A stretch of 64,000 nucleotides of DNA from Candidatus Omnitrophota bacterium (GCA_023819145.1 JAMWCW010000004.1:9935-73934), one strand, 5' to 3'. Shown: positions 29,197-40,782, numbered from the stretch's first letter. Notes: generated by a model from the letters alone, not told the origin. Program-made: numbers and translations.

Positions 29197-32100
29197 ATGA
29201 AACATGCCAATTTTGTCCATTTACATACACACACCCAGTATAGTCTCCTAGACGGTGCTTGCCGAATTTTGGAACTGATTGACCTTGCTAACCAATTTCG
29301 CATGCCAGCCTTAGCCATAACCGACCATGGAAATATATTTGGAGCCATAGAATTTTATCAAGCGTGTATGGAGAAAGGAATCAAACCGATTATCGGATGC
29401 GAAGTCTATGTGGCTCCCAATAACCGTTTTGAAAAAACCTCTCATGGCATTCAAGATGCAGCTCATCATCTTACGCTTCTGGTAAAAGATGAAGAGGGAT
29501 ATAAGAATTTAATAAATCTTGTTTCCAAAGGATATCTTGAAGGTTTTTATTATAAACCTCGTATTGACAAGGAACTGCTTAGCCAATACTCACATGGTTT
29601 GATTGGTTTAAGCGGTTGTCTGAAATCAGAACTTTCTTATCTTCTCAACACTGAACAAATTAAGATTGCCCTGGAAACTCTTGAAGAGTTTAAACAGATT
29701 TTTGGAAAAGATAATTTTTATATTGAAATACAAGACCAGAATTTGAAAGAACAGAATAGAATAAACAAAATGGCCATAAACTGTGCTAAAGAACTTAGTC
29801 TACCTACGGTGGCTACTAACGATGTGCATTATCTTTATGAAAAAGACGCAGCCGCTCACGAAATTCTCCTCTGCATTCAGACACAAACCAATATAGAAGA
29901 CCCTAACCATATGCGTTTTGGTTCAAATGAATTTTATTTCAAAACGCCGGAAGAAATGCAAAGGAAATTCAGCGAAATACCCGAAGCAATTACCAATACC
30001 ATAGCCATCACTGAACAGTGCAATCTGGAATTAGACTTCAATCAGATACACTTACCACATTTTTCTCCTCCCGAAGGAAAATCAAAGTTTGAGTATCTAA
30101 AGGAATTATGTGAAGAGGAACTGTATAAAAAATATAAAAATCCAAGTGAAGAGGTTCTAAAACGCTTGGACCACGAACTAAAAATAATAAAAGACTCTGG
30201 TTTTGTAGGCTATTTTCTAATTGTATGGAATTTTGTCCACTACGCAAAATCACAAAAAATACCTGTAGGACCAGGACGTGGTTCGGCAGCAGGTAGTTTA
30301 GTAAGCTATCTGCTCGGTATCACCGATATTGATCCTTTAAAATATGGGTTACTCTTTGAAAGATTTCTCAACCCTGAAAGAATCAGTATGCCCGATATGG
30401 ATATAGATTTTTGTTATGAAAGAAGACAGGAAGTAATTGACTATGTGGTAAGAAAATACGGTAAAGAATGCGTCGCTCAGATAGTTACTTTTGGAACGAT
30501 GATGGCACGAGCAGTAGTAAGAGATGTGGGTAGAGCTCTTAATATGCCTTATGGGGAAGTAGACAAAATTGCAAAATTAATTCCCCATGATCCTAATATA
30601 AATCTTCAACAGGCTCTCAAAATAGAACCACAGTTACACTACTTGTATAAAAATGACTCTCAAGTTCATAAACTTATTGATATCGCACTTTCTTTAGAGG
30701 GTTTAACACGTCATATTTCTACCCATGCTGCTGGAGTAGTAATTGCAGAAAAGCCTCTCACCGAATACATCCCATTATGCAAGATGGGAGACGGCCAGAT
30801 TATTACTGGATATTCTATGGATGCTCTGGAAAAGATGGGACTTCTCAAAATAGACTTCCTTGGCTTAAGAACCCTTACGGTAATCAATGAAACAATAAAA
30901 ATAATTCAGCGGGCAAGGAATATATCTTTGGACATTAATAATATCCCAATGGATGATAAAAAAACTTTTAGAGTCCTACAGAAAGGTGAAACTTCTGGCA
31001 TATTTCAATTAGAGAGTGTGGGAATGAGGGAACTACTAAAAAGGATAAAACCAGAGAAATTTGAAGACATTATTGCCATCTTAGCGCTTTTTCGCCCCGG
31101 TCCACTGGGAGCGGGTATGGTAGAAGATTTTATCAAACGAAAAAGGGGAGAGGTTTCTGTAAGATATGATCATAAGAAGTTAGAACCGATTCTGAAAGAA
31201 ACCTATGGAACAATTCTGTATCAAGAACAGGTTATGCGTATCGCTTCTGAAATAGGAGGATTCAGTATGGCTCAAGCGGACGTGCTTCGTCGCGCTATGA
31301 GTAAAAAGAATCCAGAAGTAATGGACCGTGCAAGAAAGTCTTTTATAGAAGGAGCTTCACGAAACGGCATAAATATAGATACAGCAAATAAAATCTTTAA
31401 CCAAATAGAATTCTTTGCAGGATATGGTTTTAATAAGTCGCACTCTGCGGCCTATGCTTTAATTTCCTATCGGACTGCATATCTGAAGGCAAATTTTACT
31501 CCTGAGTTTATGACTGCATTACTCACAAGTGAAAAAGATAATACAGAAAAGGTGGTTCAATATATCAACGAGTGTTTAAGATTAAATATAAAAGTCTTGC
31601 CTCCGGACATAAATGAAAGTTTCGCTAATTTTACCTTGATTTCTTACGATACTATTCGTTTTGGACTTACAGCAATAAAAAATGTTGGTGAGACAGCAGT
31701 AAACGAAATAATAAAGGCAAGGAATAATAATGGACCTTTTAGGAGTCTTTACGACTTTTGTGAAAGAGTTGATTTAAGAACCGTTAACCACAAAGTAATC
31801 GAAAGCATGATAAAATGTGGAGTGTTTGATAGGTTTGGTCTAAAAAGAGCCCAACTTATGGCTATATTAGATGATGCTATTGAAGTAGCAAATAGTCTAC
31901 AAAAAGATAGAGTAGTAAAACAAAACACCTTTTTTGATCCCTTTAGTACTTCTGTATTTCGCAGGAGCTACAAACCTATACCAAACATCAAGGAATGGCC
32001 GGAAAATCAACTCTTAAATTTTGAAAAAGAATTATTAGGATTCTATATTACTGGACATCCTTTGGCAAAGTTTGAAGAATTGATAAAAAAATACTCCAAT

Positions 32101-32670
32101 GTAAAAATTGCAGAATTAAATACCCTTAAAGATGGCGATGAGATATTTCTATGTGGAATGATATCCAGATTTAAAAAAACTACCACCCGAAGACAAAACG
32201 AACTTATGGCGGTTATGATGGTAGAAGACCTTTCGGGAGAGGTCGAGGTAATTGTTTTTCCAGAAATATATAGAAAATTCGAAAAGTTTATTTACAATAA
32301 TAGTTGCATATTACTACACGGTAAACTTTCTTTACGTGAAGATTCTCCCCGTATCATTACAACCGAGATATTCCCTTTAGAAGAAGTCAAGAAAAGATTC
32401 ACAAAAGCAATAATTTTAAAGATTGGACAGAGTTTACTTGAAGAAGATTTGAAGGAATTGAAAAATTTATTCGCTAACCATCCAGGAAAAACTCGAATAA
32501 TATTTGAGTTTCATAATGACTCTACGAATAAGTCTTGGCTAGATTTAGGCAAAGAATTGGAAGTGGAGCCCAATAACGACCTTATGCAAAGTATAAAAAA
32601 TATTATCGGAAATGAAAATATAGATTATGTTCCTGTTTTTGTTAATAATTATATTAAGAAAATAGTTTGA
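29197..32670 (+). CDS. dnaE: DNA polymerase III alpha subunit
   Basis: 1157 aa; N-terminal PHP domain (FVHLHTHTQYSLLDGA), palm/fingers (PDMDIDF...), OB-fold C-terminus. Confidence 0.95.
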   Translation: MKHANFVHLHTHTQYSLLDGACRILELIDLANQFRMPALAITDHGNIFGAIEFYQACMEKGIKPIIGCEVYVAPNNRFEKTSHGIQDAAHHLTLLVKDEEGYKNLINLVSKGYLEGFYYKPRIDKELLSQYSHGLIGLSGCLKSELSYLLNTEQIKIALETLEEFKQIFGKDNFYIEIQDQNLKEQNRINKMAINCAKELSLPTVATNDVHYLYEKDAAAHEILLCIQTQTNIEDPNHMRFGSNEFYFKTPEEMQRKFSEIPEAITNTIAITEQCNLELDFNQIHLPHFSPPEGKSKFEYLKELCEEELYKKYKNPSEEVLKRLDHELKIIKDSGFVGYFLIVWNFVHYAKSQKIPVGPGRGSAAGSLVSYLLGITDIDPLKYGLLFERFLNPERISMPDMDIDFCYERRQEVIDYVVRKYGKECVAQIVTFGTMMARAVVRDVGRALNMPYGEVDKIAKLIPHDPNINLQQALKIEPQLHYLYKNDSQVHKLIDIALSLEGLTRHISTHAAGVVIAEKPLTEYIPLCKMGDGQIITGYSMDALEKMGLLKIDFLGLRTLTVINETIKIIQRARNISLDINNIPMDDKKTFRVLQKGETSGIFQLESVGMRELLKRIKPEKFEDIIAILALFRPGPLGAGMVEDFIKRKRGEVSVRYDHKKLEPILKETYGTILYQEQVMRIASEIGGFSMAQADVLRRAMSKKNPEVMDRARKSFIEGASRNGINIDTANKIFNQIEFFAGYGFNKSHSAAYALISYRTAYLKANFTPEFMTALLTSEKDNTEKVVQYINECLRLNIKVLPPDINESFANFTLISYDTIRFGLTAIKNVGETAVNEIIKARNNNGPFRSLYDFCERVDLRTVNHKVIESMIKCGVFDRFGLKRAQLMAILDDAIEVANSLQKDRVVKQNTFFDPFSTSVFRRSYKPIPNIKEWPENQLLNFEKELLGFYITGHPLAKFEELIKKYSNVKIAELNTLKDGDEIFLCGMISRFKKTTTRRQNELMAVMMVEDLSGEVEVIVFPEIYRKFEKFIYNNSCILLHGKLSLREDSPRIITTEIFPLEEVKKRFTKAIILKIGQSLLEEDLKELKNLFANHPGKTRIIFEFHNDSTNKSWLDLGKELEVEPNNDLMQSIKNIIGNENIDYVPVFVNNYIKKIV

Positions 32671-32746
32671 CATGGATTATTACTGTGATAAAATATATAC
32701 AAATAAAACAATACAAGAATAACCTTTAAAATATAGAGAGGGGAAA

Positions 32747-33811
32747 ATGAAGATATTTGATTATATCCCACGGGGGCTTAATTATTTAATGGGGCTTTTT
32801 TCAAATGATATGGGAATTGATTTAGGCACAGCAACTACTTTGGTCTACGTGAAGGGAAAGGGGATAGTACTCTGTGAACCATCGGTAGTAGCCATTGAAC
32901 GCGGAACAAATAACGTCTTAGCGGTTGGAGAAGAAGCTAAAAGAATGTTAGGAAGAACCCCTGGTAATATCATCGCTCTTAGACCCATGAAAGACGGTGT
33001 CATTGCGGATTTTGAGATAGCTGAAAGAATGTTGCGTTATTTTATCAATAAAGTCCATGAACGAAGAGTTCTTGTAAGGCCACGCATTGTAATCGCCATA
33101 CCCTCAGGAATTACCGAGGTAGAAAAACGTGCGGTTAAAGATTCTGCGCTTCATGCCGGTGCAAGACAGGTTTATCTCGTTGAGGAACCCATGGCTGCTG
33201 CTATTGGAGTGGGTTTGCCTATTCAAGAACCTGCTGGGAATATGATCATAGATATCGGTGGAGGAACCACGGAAATAGCGGTAATTTCTCTCGCAGGAAT
33301 TGTCCTCTCGAGAAGTATTAGGGTAGGTGGAGATGAAATGGATGAGGCAATTATTGAGTATTTAAAAAAGACTTATAATCTGATGATTGGTGAACGCACT
33401 GCAGAAGAAATTAAAATTAAGATTGGTTCTGCCTATCCTTTGGAAGAAGAAATGAATATGGAAGTAAAAGGAAGAGACCTCGTAGCAGGATTACCCAAAA
33501 CAATCACCATTAACTCTGAAGAAATTAGAGAAGCAATGCAAGAACCTATTAGAGCCATCGTAGAACTAACTCGTTTTGCTTTAGAAAAAACCCCACCAGA
33601 ATTGTCTGCCGACCTTATAGAAAGAGGAATTGTGCTGGCAGGAGGAGGTTCACTTTTACGTGGTATAGACAAATTAATATCAGAAGAAACGGGGCTTCCT
33701 GTCCATGTAGCAGATGAACCATTGACCGCAGTGGCTTTAGGAACAGGTAAGGTCCTCAATGAATTGAAGTATCTAAAAAGAGTAACAGTTTCCACAAAAC
33801 TTGAATCATAG
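32747..33811 (+). CDS. mreB: Rod shape-determining protein MreB
   Basis: [35 protein letters not shown]...; actin-like; strong RBS GAGAGGGGA before ATG 32747. Confidence 0.95.
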   Translation: MKIFDYIPRGLNYLMGLFSNDMGIDLGTATTLVYVKGKGIVLCEPSVVAIERGTNNVLAVGEEAKRMLGRTPGNIIALRPMKDGVIADFEIAERMLRYFINKVHERRVLVRPRIVIAIPSGITEVEKRAVKDSALHAGARQVYLVEEPMAAAIGVGLPIQEPAGNMIIDIGGGTTEIAVISLAGIVLSRSIRVGGDEMDEAIIEYLKKTYNLMIGERTAEEIKIKIGSAYPLEEEMNMEVKGRDLVAGLPKTITINSEEIREAMQEPIRAIVELTRFALEKTPPELSADLIERGIVLAGGGSLLRGIDKLISEETGLPVHVADEPLTAVALGTGKVLNELKYLKRVTVSTKLES

Positions 33812-33846
33812 AGAAAAGTACGGAGGGTTGTATTTCTTTTTAAGAT

Positions 33847-34623
33847 GTGAAGAAAAAATCTTCTTCTAAATACTATTTTTTATTAATATTATGTATCGTC
33901 CTTCTAAGTATACCCCGTAAAAACACCGAGAAATTAAGAAACTCCTTCATAAAATTCTTTAAGCTTCCTCTCACCGTTTTAACAAATACTGCCTATTTCC
34001 TGATGCATCATTATGATTATAAACAGATAATTAGTGAGAATAAGAAGCTAACGGAAGAAAACATAAAATTGAGATTAGAAAATTGGCAACTTAATCATCT
34101 CCGTTTAGAAAACCAACAACTACGCAGCCTTCTGGAGTTTAAAAAAAATGCGCTTTATTCCGCCATCACGGGGGAAGTGATTGGTTTCGATTATTCAGAG
34201 AATAGGAAGATAATTTTTGTCGATCTTGGTTTTAAAGAAGGAGTATATAAAGAGATGGTCTGCTTGAATTCCGCTGGTCTTATCGGAAAGGTAATAGAGG
34301 TAGGAGAGAGTATATCCAAAATAATGTGTATAAACGACCCCAATTCACGAGTACCTGCAATGACGGAAGATACACAAGAAATTGGTTTAGTATATGGAAC
34401 CATGGAAGGAGATAAGTTACAAATGAAATTTATCTCTTCAGAGAGTAAAACAAAAATAGGGGCAGTTGTAGTTACCTCAGGATTAGGGAATATCTATCCC
34501 AAAGGTATTGTTATTGGAGAAATCAAAGATATTATAAATTATGGTTTTTATAAAACTGCAATAATTAAACCCAAGGTAAATTTTTTAAAACCCAGAACCG
34601 TAATTCTGCTAAAGCAAAAATGA
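33847..34623 (+). CDS. mreC: Rod shape-determining protein MreC
   Basis: 258 aa; N-terminal TM, coiled coil, beta domains (GLIGKVIEVGESISKI...); follows mreB. Confidence 0.8.
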   Translation: MKKKSSSKYYFLLILCIVLLSIPRKNTEKLRNSFIKFFKLPLTVLTNTAYFLMHHYDYKQIISENKKLTEENIKLRLENWQLNHLRLENQQLRSLLEFKKNALYSAITGEVIGFDYSENRKIIFVDLGFKEGVYKEMVCLNSAGLIGKVIEVGESISKIMCINDPNSRVPAMTEDTQEIGLVYGTMEGDKLQMKFISSESKTKIGAVVVTSGLGNIYPKGIVIGEIKDIINYGFYKTAIIKPKVNFLKPRTVILLKQK

Positions 34624-35093
34624 AAAAATTAATTTTCATCGTTTTAATCACATTCTTTTCCATCTTCATAGACTACACTCTTATTCCCATAATTCCTCCG
34701 CCTTTAAATAATTTGAGATTTGCAATATTAAGTTTTGTTCCTATCATCATAACTAACTCTAAAATAATTCTTTATTATGCTGTTATTGCCGGATTATTCA
34801 AAGATATTTTGAGCTCTTATCCCTTTGGAATTTATACACTGTCTTTTATCATTACTGCTTATATAATCGCTATTTTATCAAGATGGATAGTAAAGGATAA
34901 TATGTATACAAAATTTTTATATACAACAGTTGCTTTAATACTCGTATCCTTAATACCGAATATATGGGATTATAGTTTTAATCCCTACGCTTCTGGGAAC
35001 ATTATTGCGAAAGAAACCATTGCCAAAAAAATAATTATAAATAATATCTTTGTTACCTTCTGGTATGGTTTACTCATGAAGATATTAAAATGA
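34620..35093 (+). CDS. mreD: Rod shape-determining protein MreD
   Basis: 157 aa polytopic membrane protein overlapping mreC and mrdA; conserved gene order. Confidence 0.6.
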   Translation: MKKLIFIVLITFFSIFIDYTLIPIIPPPLNNLRFAILSFVPIIITNSKIILYYAVIAGLFKDILSSYPFGIYTLSFIITAYIIAILSRWIVKDNMYTKFLYTTVALILVSLIPNIWDYSFNPYASGNIIAKETIAKKIIINNIFVTFWYGLLMKILK

Positions 35094-36808
35094 ATATATA
35101 TCGTTTAGAAAAATTATTCTTAATATGTTTCTTGTTTCTTATTATTATCCTTTGGTATTATCAAATAATAAAGGGAGAATATTTCTTTTCCCTTAGCGAA
35201 AAAGGACGTATAAGAATTATACCTTTTCTCTCAGAAAGAGGAAAAATTTTAGATAGAAACGCCAAAGAACTTGCTACATATATACCCATATTAAACATTG
35301 TAGCTATTCCCCATATCTTAAAAGATAAAAAAATGGTTTTTGAAGAATTAAGCAACATACTGGGAATACCAACTGAGGAGTTGAATAATAAATATGAAAG
35401 AAATTTGTATTTTCCTTTTATGCCGGTTGTTCTTGTTAAAAACATCTCTTTAGATAAAGTATTTATTATAGAAGAGAAAAAACCAGAACTGATGGGTATA
35501 GATATAGAAGTGTATCCACTACGGTTTTATCCTTTTGGCCCAGTAGCATCTCATCTCCTCGGTTATCTGGGCGAAATCAGTTCAGAAGAACTTTCTGAAT
35601 TAAAACCCTATGGATATAGGATAAAAAACCTTGTCGGGAAAATGGGAATAGAAAAAACCCTAGATGTATATTTACGAGGAGAGAATGGTGGTTTGCAAGT
35701 TGAAGTAGACAATTTTGGAAACATAGTTCGGACCATTGGAGAGAAGAAAGCTTTACGCGGTAAAGATATTCACTTAACCATTGAAGCGGACTGGCAGAAA
35801 AAAGCCCATTCTTTATTAAAAGGACTTAATGGAGCTATTATTATTATGGATGTTAACAATGGAGAAATTCTAACCATGGAAAGTTCACCTACATTCGACC
35901 CAAATATATTCCTTGCTGAAGAAGAACAGAAAATACAGTCGGTCCTAACTTCTCATAGGGCAATTTTTTTAAATAGAGCTACCAAGGTAAACATACCACC
36001 CGGTTCTATATTTAAATTAATTGTTGCTATTGCAGGTCTAACCAGCGGTAAAATAACTGCCTATACACAATATAAATGTGAAGGGAAATTTTATTTGGGT
36101 TCGGGTGAGTTCCGCTGTTGGTTAGAAAATGGCCATGGCTATGAAACAGTAGTTGAGGCAATTAAACACTCATGTAATATATTCTTCTACAAACTGGGGT
36201 TAGAATTAGGCATAGAAAGAATAAAAAATTTTGCTGATTTATTTGAATTAGGAAAAAAAACGGGCATAGAAATAGAAGAAAAAAACGGATTCATTCCCAC
36301 TCCTAAATGGAAACAAACGAAATTTAAAGAAAGATGGTTCGAGGGAGATACCGCAAATATTTCTATTGGACAGGGATACATTTTAGTAACTCCACTACAA
36401 ATATTACGCTTGGTAGCTGCCATCGCTAATGGAGGATTTCTTATCAAACCACATCTTGTAAAAAGTATAGAAGGAATCCCCATACAGGATACAACAAAAG
36501 AATATACCGGTATTAACCCGAGGATTTTGAAAATAATTCGGGAAGGAATGTTTAAAGTAGTAAATGAACCGAATGGAACTGGGAGTCGAGCAAATGTAGA
36601 AAAATTGGAAATTGCCGCCAAAACTGCCACAGTACAAACAACCAGGGGCAACTCCCACGCACTTATTACTGGTTTTTTACCTTATTCAAATCCAAAATTA
36701 TGCTTCATTATTTTTCTCGAACATGGCGGCAGTGGAGGAGTAGAAGCTGCCGAGTTATGCCACAATCTATTTTCTGCACTGAAAAATGGAATTGTTGAAT
36801 ATCAATGA
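35090..36808 (+). CDS. mrdA: Penicillin-binding protein 2 (elongasome transpeptidase)
   Basis: 572 aa; N-terminal TM, dimerisation domain, transpeptidase motifs (SIFK = SxxK; KHSCNIFF = SxN region; KTAT = KTG-like). Confidence 0.85.
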   Translation: MNIYRLEKLFLICFLFLIIILWYYQIIKGEYFFSLSEKGRIRIIPFLSERGKILDRNAKELATYIPILNIVAIPHILKDKKMVFEELSNILGIPTEELNNKYERNLYFPFMPVVLVKNISLDKVFIIEEKKPELMGIDIEVYPLRFYPFGPVASHLLGYLGEISSEELSELKPYGYRIKNLVGKMGIEKTLDVYLRGENGGLQVEVDNFGNIVRTIGEKKALRGKDIHLTIEADWQKKAHSLLKGLNGAIIIMDVNNGEILTMESSPTFDPNIFLAEEEQKIQSVLTSHRAIFLNRATKVNIPPGSIFKLIVAIAGLTSGKITAYTQYKCEGKFYLGSGEFRCWLENGHGYETVVEAIKHSCNIFFYKLGLELGIERIKNFADLFELGKKTGIEIEEKNGFIPTPKWKQTKFKERWFEGDTANISIGQGYILVTPLQILRLVAAIANGGFLIKPHLVKSIEGIPIQDTTKEYTGINPRILKIIREGMFKVVNEPNGTGSRANVEKLEIAAKTATVQTTRGNSHALITGFLPYSNPKLCFIIFLEHGGSGGVEAAELCHNLFSALKNGIVEYQ

Positions 36809-37881
36809 GTTATAAAAATAATTATTATAAAATTCTCCTTACGGTGATAATTCTTTTGTCTATAGGAATTTTTTCTCTAACTGGTGAGGAGGGTTTTAAA
36901 AAAGAACCACCGCTAAAAGATAATCTTGTATTTAAGCAACTAATGTGGGCATTTATAGCCATACTGATATTTTTATTCAGTTATTTTTGGGGATACAGAA
37001 GATTCCTTGATATTTCTATTCCCCTCTACTTTGTAGTCCTAGGACTGCTTCTTTTAGTTTTGGCCTATGGTCCCATTAGGTCTGGTGCACAGAGGTGGCT
37101 AAAATTATTCGGTTTAAACTTCCAACCTGCTGAATTTGCTAAATTGGCTATGATACTCAGTGTAACGCGATACTTTGTCTCCCATAAGGATGAAATTAAA
37201 AAAACGATGGTCTTTATCGTTGCCTTAACAATGGTTATACTCTATATACTGCTCATCTTTCTGCAACCCGATCTTGGTTCTGCGGTCATACTCATTCCTA
37301 TTTTTATCTCTATTGCTTTTATTTGCAATGTCAATAAGAAAAACATTCTGGTTTTATTTTTGTTAGGACTATTATTTTCTCCTTTATCATGGCATATATT
37401 AAAAGATTATCAAAAACAGCGCATTCTGGTGTTTGTAAATCCGAATGTAGATCCATTAGGAGCAGGCTATACGGTAATCCAATCAAAAATTGCCATTGGT
37501 TCAGGAAAAATATTTGGTAAAATTTGGCTTAAAAAAACTACCCAATTTAGCTTCCTACCCGAAAGCCATACAGATTTTATCTTTGCTTCTATCGGTGAAA
37601 AACTAGGCTTTTTAGGAACGAGTTTGATAATCTTAATTTATTACCTGCTTCTCAGGGAAATATTGAGTATAGGAATTGTAACTGCTGATTTAGAGGGAAA
37701 AGCAATTACGGTGGGAATAGCTACTATGCTTTTTCTTCATATTTTTATCAATATTGGAATGAGTCTGGGAATCTTACCTGTAGTGGGCATACCTCTTCCT
37801 TTTATAAGCTATGGTGGTTCTAATTTAGTATTAAATATGATGGCCTTAGGAATAGTGGCATCCATTGAAAAAGAACATTAA
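36805..37881 (+). CDS. rodA: Rod shape-determining protein RodA (SEDS family)
   Basis: 358 aa; 10-TM SEDS protein; ...PESHTDFIFA...GMSLGILPVVGIPLPFISYGGS motif. Confidence 0.9.
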   Translation: MSYKNNYYKILLTVIILLSIGIFSLTGEEGFKKEPPLKDNLVFKQLMWAFIAILIFLFSYFWGYRRFLDISIPLYFVVLGLLLLVLAYGPIRSGAQRWLKLFGLNFQPAEFAKLAMILSVTRYFVSHKDEIKKTMVFIVALTMVILYILLIFLQPDLGSAVILIPIFISIAFICNVNKKNILVLFLLGLLFSPLSWHILKDYQKQRILVFVNPNVDPLGAGYTVIQSKIAIGSGKIFGKIWLKKTTQFSFLPESHTDFIFASIGEKLGFLGTSLIILIYYLLLREILSIGIVTADLEGKAITVGIATMLFLHIFINIGMSLGILPVVGIPLPFISYGGSNLVLNMMALGIVASIEKEH

Positions 37882-37900
37882 GGTCATTTAATTACTTAAT

Positions 37901-39673
37901 ATGCTCTCAAAAAATATTTTACTAAGTTTATCAAAACCAGGAAGGTATATCAATAACGAATTAAATACTTATCACCGCACCTCTACAAAAGCGACTTTGA
38001 AGTTCTGTCTGGCCTATCCGGATATATATGAAGTAGGCATGAGTAATCTGGGATTTAGAATAATTTACGATATTCTTAATCAAGAACCAGAAGTTATCTG
38101 TGAACGCGTTTTTCTACCCTGGGTAGACTTGGAAGATTTTTTAAGGAAAAATAATATCACACTCTACTCTCTAGAATCAGAAATACCTTTATGCGATTTT
38201 GACATCTTAGGAATATCCATACAAACAGAATTAAATTATACAGGGGTTTTAAACTTGCTCAATTTAGGTAAAATACCTGTTTTTGCCACGGAAAGAAAAG
38301 AAGGGTTTCCTTTGGTTATAGCTGGGGGTAGTGCATGTTTTAATCCTGAACCATTGGCTGAATTCATAGATATTTTTGTGGTTGGGGAGGGGGAGGAGAT
38401 AATTTTAGAGATAATAAATATTTGCAAAAATAGAATAAAAAATCTAAAACAAGAAAAAAAAGAAATTCTTATAGAACTTGCTCGTTTAGAAGGAATTTAT
38501 GTCCCTTCTCTTTATAATGTTGAATATTTCCCTCAAGGAACAATAAAAGAATTTTATCCTCTTATTCCAAACATCCCACTAAAAATAAAAAGGAGAGTCA
38601 TCCACGATTTAAATAATGCTTACTATCCTAAAAGAACAATCCTTCCCTACATCGAAATTATCCATGATCGCATCGGTATAGAAATTATGCGGGGGTGTCC
38701 CCATCGCTGTAGATTCTGTCAGGCAAGAAACATATATTATCCGAAACGCGAAAGAGATCCTGCGAAAATAAAGGAGTTGGCTTACCAAAATTTTCGCTCA
38801 TCAGGTTATGAGGAAATAGCTTTATTATCTCTTTCCAGCCTTGACCACCGTGATATAGACGATATTTTTTCTACCTTAAATAGTATCTTCAGAAGTCAGG
38901 GCGTAGGCATATCTCTTTCTTCATTAAGAATTAATGCTGTGATGAAAAAAATAATAAAAGAATACCAAGGAACTTACCGTAGCGGTCTTACTTTCGCTCC
39001 TGAAGTAGGAAGTGAAAGACTACGCAGAATTATAAATAAAAACATTGATATAAATCTATTTTATGAAATTGTAGAAAACATCTTTAAGCTTGGATGGAGA
39101 GGCTTGAAACTTTATTTTATGATAGGACTACCCGAAGAGAAAGAAAAAGATCTTCAGGAAATTATAGAAATGGTGGATAAAATATTAGTGATCAAAAAAA
39201 GGAATCAAAATAATTCTGGGAAAATACGTCTAAGCTTCAATATTTTTATACCTAAACCTCACAGTACTTTTCAATGGCTTCCTATGGAAGAAGAGCATTT
39301 ACTGAAAGAGAAAATAAAATATTTTAAAGAAAAAATAAGGAATAAATTAATAAAATATAATATAAGCAGTTGGGAGGAAAGTTGGTTAGAAGCTTTAATT
39401 TCAAGAGGAGATAGAAAATTGAGTAAGGTTATATTCAAGGCTTGGGAAAGAGGGGCAAAATTTGATGGTTGGAGAGAACAATTTAATTTTCCTATCTGGC
39501 AAAAGGCATTGGAAGAAACAAAAATAGACCCAAATTTTTATATCCACCGTAAAAGAACATTGGAAGAAATATTACCGTGGGATTTTATAGAAACGGGGGT
39601 TAAAAAAGAGGAGTTGGTTGCGGATTATAAAAATTTCGAAAAGTCTTTAGAGATTGACAGGATAACAATTTAG
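37901..39673 (+). CDS. B12-binding-domain radical SAM protein (TIGR03960-like uncharacterised family)
   Basis: 590 aa; N-terminal ...KPGRYINNELN...FCLAYPDIYEVGMSNLGFRIIYD; CPHRCRFCQA radical SAM cluster motif. Confidence 0.7.
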   Translation: MLSKNILLSLSKPGRYINNELNTYHRTSTKATLKFCLAYPDIYEVGMSNLGFRIIYDILNQEPEVICERVFLPWVDLEDFLRKNNITLYSLESEIPLCDFDILGISIQTELNYTGVLNLLNLGKIPVFATERKEGFPLVIAGGSACFNPEPLAEFIDIFVVGEGEEIILEIINICKNRIKNLKQEKKEILIELARLEGIYVPSLYNVEYFPQGTIKEFYPLIPNIPLKIKRRVIHDLNNAYYPKRTILPYIEIIHDRIGIEIMRGCPHRCRFCQARNIYYPKRERDPAKIKELAYQNFRSSGYEEIALLSLSSLDHRDIDDIFSTLNSIFRSQGVGISLSSLRINAVMKKIIKEYQGTYRSGLTFAPEVGSERLRRIINKNIDINLFYEIVENIFKLGWRGLKLYFMIGLPEEKEKDLQEIIEMVDKILVIKKRNQNNSGKIRLSFNIFIPKPHSTFQWLPMEEEHLLKEKIKYFKEKIRNKLIKYNISSWEESWLEALISRGDRKLSKVIFKAWERGAKFDGWREQFNFPIWQKALEETKIDPNFYIHRKRTLEEILPWDFIETGVKKEELVADYKNFEKSLEIDRITI

Positions 39674-39714
39674 AGTTAAAATCTTTACAAACTTTATAAT
39701 AAAAAGGAGGAGAA

Positions 39715-40782
39715 ATGCTCGATAAAAGACTGGAAGAACTGTTAAGGATGACGGTAGAAGAAAAGGCTTCAGATTTACATTTAGGAACTGGTATGCCTCC
39801 GTATCTTCGTATAGACGAAAAACTTATTGCGGTAGGAAAAGAACCGCTTAATAGAGAAACAGTCAAAGAAATGGCCTATAGTTTAATAGACGAGAGACAA
39901 AGAGCCCAGTTTGAAGCAGAAAAGGAACTCGATATGTCTTTTGGAATCGAAGGCTGGAGCCGTTTCAGAGTCAATCTTTTCTATCAACGGGGAGATATCG
40001 GAGTTGCTATCCGTGCATTACCATATCATATTATGAGCATAGAAGAATGTGGATTACCGCCGGATATTATAAAAGATTTAATTACTAAGCCAAAAGGGTT
40101 GGTGTTGGTTACTGGAGCCACGGGGAGTGGAAAGTCTACGACGTTGGCGGCGATGATTGAAGAAATTAATCGAGAAAGAACATGCCACATTGTAACTATA
40201 GAAGATCCTATAGAATATGTCTATAAAAATAAAAAATCCATCATTGATCAACGGGAAGTAGGTTCCGATACATATTCCTTCTCCAGTGCTTTAAAACATG
40301 TTCTTCGTCAAGATCCCAATGTCATTCTTATTGGTGAAATGCGTGATCTGGAAACGATAGAAGCAGCTCTAAATATAGCAGAAACAGGTCATCTTGTATT
40401 AGCTACTCTTCATACCTCAGACGCAGTACAGACAATAAACCGCGTAATAGATGTTTTTCCGCAGTATCAACAGAATCAGGTAAGAATTCAATTATCCTTT
40501 GTCCTACTAGCAGTTTTATCACAACAATTAATCCCCCGCTTAGGAGGAAAAGGAAGGATCCTTGCTATAGAATTGTTAGTTGCTAACCATGCGGTACGTA
40601 GCCTCATCAGAGATGCTAAAGTACACCAGATATATTCTATAATCCAAACTAGCCAGAAAGAAGGCATGAAAACTATGAACCAGTCTCTTTATGAGCTCTA
40701 CATCAACAAAATGATAACCATGGACGATGCCCTTTCAAGAACCTTAGATCCCGATGATTTAAAGAGGCTATTAGAAAAATAA
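39715..40782 (+). CDS. pilT: Type IV pilus retraction ATPase PilT
   Basis: 355 aa; Walker A GLVLVTGATGSGKSTTLAAMI, Asp box, Walker B, His box; AIRxLIRE-type C-terminal motif (AVRSLIRDAK). Confidence 0.9.
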   Translation: MLDKRLEELLRMTVEEKASDLHLGTGMPPYLRIDEKLIAVGKEPLNRETVKEMAYSLIDERQRAQFEAEKELDMSFGIEGWSRFRVNLFYQRGDIGVAIRALPYHIMSIEECGLPPDIIKDLITKPKGLVLVTGATGSGKSTTLAAMIEEINRERTCHIVTIEDPIEYVYKNKKSIIDQREVGSDTYSFSSALKHVLRQDPNVILIGEMRDLETIEAALNIAETGHLVLATLHTSDAVQTINRVIDVFPQYQQNQVRIQLSFVLLAVLSQQLIPRLGGKGRILAIELLVANHAVRSLIRDAKVHQIYSIIQTSQKEGMKTMNQSLYELYINKMITMDDALSRTLDPDDLKRLLEK

